A DNA stretch of 64,000 bases from NCBI RefSeq assembly GCF_009914755.1, contig NC_060928.1, one strand, 5' to 3'. Positions 57,465-64,000 of this stretch are shown here, piece by piece (the stretch's first letter is position 1; every line of letters begins with the position of its first letter). Below the pieces are notes generated by a model. That model was not told where the DNA came from and searched no databases. It was given only the letters and a program-made list of their open reading frames with translations. This DNA is from the human T2T-CHM13v2.0 reference genome, Homo sapiens. The translations under genes were made by a program, and so were the position numbers.

Positions 57465-59036
57465 GTAAATTGGTACCAGTAGAATGAGGTGCTGCTGAAA
57501 AGATACCCAAAAATGTGAAAGCAACTTTGGAACTGGGTAGCAGGCAGAGGGTGGGACAGTTTGAAGGGCTCAGAAGACAACAGGAAAATGTGAGAATGTT
57601 TGCAACTTCCTAGAGACTTGTTGAATGGTTTTGACCAAAATGCTGATAATGATATGGACAATGAAATCCAAGCTGAGGTGGTCTCAGATGGAGATGAGGA
57701 ACTTGTTGGGAACTGGGGCAAAGGTGACTCTTGTTATGTTTCAGCAAAGAGACTGGCAGCATTTTGCCCCTGCCTTAGAGTTTTGTGGAACTTTGAACTT
57801 GAGAGAGATGATTTAGGGTATCTGCTAGAAGAAATTTCTAAGCAGCAAAGCATTCAAGAGGCGACTTGGATGTTGTTAATGGCATTCAGTTTTATAAGGT
57901 AAGCAGAGCATAGAAGTTTGGAAAATTTGCAGCCTGACAATGCAATAGGAAAGAAAATATCATTTTCTGAGAAGAAATTCAAGCTCGCTGCAGAAATTTG
58001 CATAAATAACAAGGAGCCAAATGTTAATCCCCAAGACTATGGGGAAAATGTCTCCAGGGCATCTCAGAGGTCTTCACAGCAGCCCCTACCATCACACACC
58101 CGGAGGTCTAGGAGGAAAACATGATTTCATGGGCCAGGCCCAGCGTTGTCATGCTGTGTGCAGTCTAGAGACTCATGCCCTGCATCCCAGCTGCTCCAGC
58201 CATGACTAAAAGGGGCCAAGCATGGCCCATGACTTCAGAGGGTGCAAGTCCCAAGCCTTGGCAGATTCCACTTGGTGTTGAGACTGCAGGTGCACAGAAG
58301 TCAAGTACTGACGTTTGAGAACCTCCAAATAGATTTCAGAGGATGTATGGAAATGCCTGGATGTCCAGGCAGAAGTTTGCTGCAGGAGCAGCACTCTCAT
58401 GGAGAATCTCTGCTAGGGCAGTGCAGAAGGGAAATGTCAGGTGGGAGCCCCCACACAGAGTCCCTACTGGAGTACCACCTAGTGGAGCTGTGAGAAGAGG
58501 GCCACCATCCTCCAGACCCCAGAATGATATATCCACCAACAGCTTGCACCACATGCCTGGAAAAGCTGCAGACACTCAACATCAGCCCATGATAGCAGCT
58601 AGGAGGAAGGCTGTACCCTGCAGAGCCACAGGGGATGGAGCTGCCCAAGACCATGGGAACCCACCTCTTACATCAGCATGACCCAGATGTGAGACCTGGA
58701 GTCAAAGGAGATCATTTTGGAGCTTTAAAATTTGACTGCCCTGCTGGATTTCGAACTTGCATGGGCCCTGTAGCCCCTTTGTTTTGGCCAGTTTCTCCCA
58801 CTTGGAATGGGTGTATTTACCCAATGCCTGTACCCACATTGTATGTAGGAAGTAACTAACTTGCTTTGATTTTACAGGCTCATAGGTGGAAGGGACTTGC
58901 CCTGTCTCAGATGAGACTTTGGACTGCGGACTTTTGAGCCCATGCTGAAATAAGTTAAGACTTTGGGGAACTGTTGGGAAGGCATGATTGGTTTTGAAAT
59001 GTGAGGACATGAGATTTGGCGGAGGCCAGGGTGGAA
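57465..59036 (+). mobile_element. THE1 internal region (MaLR-int), ORF disrupted
   Basis: Begins gtaaattggtacca; ~1.57 kb; remnants LPRDLLNGFDQNADNDMDNEIQAEVVSDGDEEL and MYGNAWMSRQKFAAG; purine-rich tract before the next LTR. Confidence 0.93.
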
Positions 59037-59401
59037 TGATATGGTTTGGCTGTGTCCCCACCCAAATCTCATTTTGATTTGTAGCTCCCCTAATCCTCAC
59101 ATGTCATGGGAGGTACTCAGTGAGAGGTAATTGAATCATGGGGGTGCGTTTTTCCCATGCTGTTTTTGTGATAGTGAATATGTCTCATGAGATCTGATGG
59201 TTTTACAAAGGGCAGTTCCCCTGCACATGCTCTCTTGCCTGCCACTATGTAAGATGTGCCTCTGTTCCTCCTTTGCCTTCCACCACGATTGTGAGGCCTC
59301 CCTAGCCATGTGGAACTGTGAGTCCATTAGATTTCTTTTTCTTTATAAATTAACCCAGTTTTAGTTATTTCTTCATAGCAGCATTAAAATGGACTAATAT
59401 A
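59037..59401 (+). mobile_element. Second complete THE1 LTR of a different subtype (THE1C-like)
   Basis: tgatatggtttggctgtgtccccaccc...tttcttcatagcagcattaaaatggactaatata; followed by caccc, not the gctac TSD. Confidence 0.9.
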
Positions 59402-59529
59402 CACCCTAAATGTTATTTACTCTGTGTAAGTATTCATATTTAGAATAATGACTCAAATTTAATCATAGTTAAAATGATTAACTTTTAATTAGAAAGTATT
59501 CTAGTAAAATAGGTAAATTTTATGGTTAA

Positions 59530-59964
<435 letters not shown>

Positions 59965-60561
59965 CCTGTTATCATTATTTTATTGTTATCGTTGTCAATC
60001 CATTATTAACAGAAACCCATAGTTTAACAATAAATTGTGTTCTGTTCTACCTGTATACCATTCTGGACCAGAATTTGAGATATTAGGAACTTCTTTTTAT
60101 AGTTTTTCTGATTTTCCTAATGACTGTGACTACATGTATAAATAAATGAGGAAAGAGACACTTGGGAGGCAAACTCCAAAGTATGACCCATGACTTCCTT
60201 TTCTCATTTCTGTTCTACATAATAAAGTTCTGATTGGGATAGACAAAAAGTGCTTCAGACACTCCAAAATATCAGCTGGAGCTGAAGAGACCAGAATTAG
60301 AAACACAACATCCAGTAGAACCAAGGTCTCAACAGCCTTATTTCTAGTTTTTTAATTCACTTAAAAACTTTACTTGTTTGGAAACATACAGATTTTGTTG
60401 TTCTTTCTTTTCTTCTTCTGCTGCTGCTGGTAATGATACACACATTTGCTTTTTATGGTGTCTTTTTCTCTCGGAAAGATATATGTGTGAGAAAGCATAT
60501 CATCATTAAAATACTTTCTCAATTTCAAAATAGGATTTGCAGTATAAATAAGCAAGTATTA

Positions 60562-60709
60562 AGAGGAAACTTCAAAATGTTCATGGAATATGTGTATTAT
60601 GAAAAAATATGGATAAATTTCTAAATTATTTTGCATCAAAATAAACTTGTACTAACTTATCACATGTCTGAACAGGTTCTAGTTTAAGGCACTAAGAGGA
60701 ATAAGACAT
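60562..60709 (+). mobile_element. HSMAR2 (mariner) terminal fragment, cut off at the junction with the LTR tail
   Basis: TA, then agaggaaacttcaaaatgttcatggaa..tattatgaaaaaa..caaaataaacttgtactaact..catgtctgaacagg.tctagttt.aggcactaaga..ataagacat, matching the recalled HSMAR2 start. Confidence 0.8.
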
Positions 60710-60781
60710 AAACCTCTCTCTTTTGTACATTACCCAGTCTCAGGTATATCTTTATCAGCAGTGTAAAGATGAACTAATACA
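60709..60781 (+). mobile_element. Terminal 73 bp of the original THE1 3' LTR
   Basis: taaacctctctcttttgtacattacccagtctcaggtatatctttatcagcagtgtaaagatgaactaataca aligns without gaps to the end of the 5' LTR and is followed by the TSD gctac (60782-60786). Confidence 0.9.
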
Positions 60782-63700
60782 GCTACCATGGGGAACAGTA
60801 TGGCAATTTTTTTCCAAAAATTAAAAATAGAATGACCATATGATCCAGCAGTGTCACTTCAGGGGATAAATTCAAGTGAACTGAACACACAGTCTTGAAA
60901 AGATATGTGTACACTCATGTTAATGGCAGCATTATTCACAGTATCTAAAATGTGGAAGCAATCCAAGTGTCTAACAACAGATAAATGAATAAATAAAATG
61001 TGACACACACATACAATGGGATATTATACAGCCTTACAAAGTAAGGAAGTTCTGACATATGCTTCAAAATGGATGAAATTTAAGGACGTTATACTAAATG
61101 CAATAAACTAGTCCCAAAAATGAAAAATACTATATGATTCCACTTATATGAAGCATTTAGAGAAGTCAAAATTGTAGAGACAGTAGAATTGTGATTGTCA
61201 GAGGCTATAGGGCGGTAGAAATGGGAAGTAATTTTTTAATAGGTATAGCATTTCAGTTTTGCAAAATGAAAAGAATTCTGGAGATGGATGGTAGTGATGG
61301 TTGCACAACCATATGAATGTACTTAACACCACTGAACTGTATACTTAAAACATGCTTAAGACGGTACATTTTATGTTATGTGTATTTTATCACAAAAAAA
61401 TATTGGAAGAAAAAGTAGGCTATTACAATCTAGATAGTGCATCTCAAAACTTGTCAGGCTAATATATATATATGTCTTATTTTTCAGTATTACTAAATCT
61501 GGAGTTAGATCTCAGTTCAATTATATATTACTGTTTCTTCAATCAATACATGAGAATTTTCAGAAATTATGGAAGATCTGAATCTGTTTACTGACACCTA
61601 TTTAGGATGACAAAGCACCATAAAACTAATAATAATCTCTTGATACATTTAGTAGTAGTCTAGTATTGCTCAAAAATTAATCAACTGTTTTGAAAACAAA
61701 GTGTTTAAAATGTCTTGTTTTAGAGGCAGAGAATTCAGCCTACCTTAATAAAAAGCCAAATTGATTTTTCAACCCCTTTTTTTCTTTGCAATTTTATTGT
61801 TATAGAGTGACAACAGTAAAGTCTCCCTTTTAAATTGTATTTATGACCAATCTCTCTATATTTCTAATAGTGTTAAATCATACAACTTAATTTATTTCCA
61901 GTACTCTTTGAAGACAAGAGTTACACTTGACCAATCTCAGTACTTACCACAGCAATCAGTGCAACAACTTAATACTAGTGCTTCAAAATGCTTTAACTTG
62001 GATCAGGATTCCTAGAATTGAAGATTATTAAGTCAAACCTTGAGGCTGAGTTTAGTTTTCAAGGAGGCTGTGACCTCAGGGCATGATTACTACAAAGGCA
62101 TCATATCAATTCTGTGCTGTGCTTTTGTTCTTGTTTTAATTATAATTTAACCAGAAGAAAATATTTCAGATGTGCTCAAGCAATATTTTCACAGTTCTTA
62201 AAGCATTTCTTTATTATCTTCAAAAACTTACACTAGTTATAATGACATCATGGTTTTCATGGCATTAAAAAGAATAGAAAGCATTACTTTTCAGGCCAAC
62301 AATAGAAAGAAAAAGTACTTCCCATGCCTCTATTATTTTCTGTTTGTCCAGGTCTATCCAAAAAGAAATGTGCAATTTTCCCTAATTTTTAACCATCTTT
62401 AAATTTAATTTTTAAAAATTATTATATCAAAGAAGAGATACTTGGGAAAAACTATAATCAAATTGATGTATATAAAAAGCAAACTGTGACCAGGTGGTAC
62501 TTATAATAATAAATAAACATGAATGGTTTAATTTAACTACAAATAACTATTATTAAAAATATTATTTAAATTTGAAAACTCTTTTTTTTGTTTGTTTGTT
62601 TGTTTTCTACTTTATTCCAAGATCACATCCTTGGATATTCTTTGTATAAAATAATTAGTCACAAAAGAGAAATACAGATTTTTAAAAAATGAAAAAGGCT
62701 TGACATATGTATGATTCTAGCCATATGAAAATTAGACATGAGATGTGAAAATGATCAAGGACTATGCCAAATCTTCCCTCTTCATCCTAAATAAGCACAA
62801 ACTGCCTGCCTATTTGAAGAAGGAGGAAAGGTGGATGATGTATCCAATAGCTCAGACCTGGCATAGGCAAGCATACAACACTAGGTACATTCTGTCAGCT
62901 CTCAAGGGGCCACTGCTTGACCAAACCTCAGGAAGGGAGCAATGAAGTCAACAGTAGTTCTTCCAGACTAATTAAACTGGAGGACTCTCATCATTCTTCA
63001 TTCTGAAAGGGGCCAATGTCTGTTGCTTTGTTCCTACTCCCTGGAAATTAAAGGATATAAGAGTTTTAAGCGTCTTCCAGTCCTGGTGTAGCCTGGTGTA
63101 GGTACCTGGAGGTGAAACATTGCTTCGGTCCTTTATTCTTCAGACCTTCTAAAGTCTCAAATCAGCATGTAATCCATGAAGGCACAGATATCTCTTCTGT
63201 CTCATCAATAACACACACAACACCTTCTGTGGACATCTTCCACAGGAGGAATAGGTGAAAGGCAACAGGTCTTCAGACATCGAGTTCTCTCATTACAGCA
63301 GATATGCAAATGTCAACATGTCGAAATCAGCCCTCAAAAACTTTCTTTTCTAAATCCACTGTTAATAGCTAAAAACTTATGCCTATTTTTAGTATCAAAC
63401 ATTTCATTTACCAGATTAAGCTGTATCACAGCTCACAATCACCAGTCAAATGTTCTCAATCATAGGCATATTGGCTCATATTTTTTAAATGGACTTTTTA
63501 AAAAGTGCCTCTGCAGCTAGACTTACTAAAATAGGCATGGCAAGAATATGTTTTTGAAGGGATCAAATCACAGAGCAAAAGTCTTAAGGCAGGTAACTAG
63601 GGCTGTTTTCATTGTAACTTTGCAGCTGCCCACAAAGACTTCATTTAGTCCTGCTCAAAATCTAACAAAGGTAAAATGTCTCTGATATTAACCAGATGTG

Positions 63701-64000
63701 ACTATCAGATATTTTAGAAGAGAGGCTCTCTTTATGGTTCCCAAATTGTTAACCTCAAGCTTCCAAGAACCCCTACCCTACCAGTAAAGATCTCTGTTAG
63801 ATGCCTCAGGGAGCTCAACAGTGGTATGAACTGAGGACAAGTCAGGAGGGAGAGTGTTTTGACCAGACCTTTCCTGAGTTTATCCAATTTACACTCTATT
63901 TTATTAGATAACCTCTAGTGATTTCATCTGAACGAAGAATTACAAATGTTAAAAAAAAAAAGTTGAAAACCTCTGTCCTAGATAAACCCCCTTGATCTTA

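Noticed and set aside
57600-59100. Dense overlapping ORFs suggesting a gene
   Set aside because: Fragments of the disrupted THE1 internal ORF and its GC-richer alternative frames.
62745-63340. Unique, moderately GC-rich stretch with a 66-aa ORF, an octamer (atgcaaat) and a cctggtgtag duplication
   Set aside because: No recognisable protein or consistent exon structure on either strand. It could be regulatory or an ancient repeat, but I cannot support a call.

Overview
AT-rich, repeat-dense primate DNA (human or another ape, judged from an L1PA3-type element and AluY copies), intronic or intergenic. I find no host protein-coding gene, RNA gene or CRISPR array; every long ORF in the track derives from L1, Alu, LTR or simple repeats. 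The window holds five large L1 copies of different ages: L1MA9-like, L1PA15/16-like, L1MA2-like, a full-length ~6.16-kb L1PA3 and an L1MB-like copy. It also has six Alus, a THE1 (MaLR) provirus, MLT1 LTRs, Tigger/MER5/mariner DNA-transposon remnants, L2/MIR fragments and a 1.3-kb AT-only tract. I see no convincing new gene system. The most unusual signals are structural: (1) the THE1 provirus, bounded by one GCTAC target-site duplication, carries a foreign LTR plus ~1.3 kb of captured genomic DNA containing repeats older than the provirus; (2) the AT tract contains a perfect 93-bp palindrome, and at its left edge sits a 32-nt inverted copy of sequence 3.2 kb away; (3) an ancient ungapped 160-bp local duplication spans a MER5A-MER5B junction; (4) the L1PA3 lies inside the target-site duplication of an Alu. 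Subfamily names come from recalled consensus sequences and need RepeatMasker/Dfam confirmation; boundaries of old repeats are approximate.
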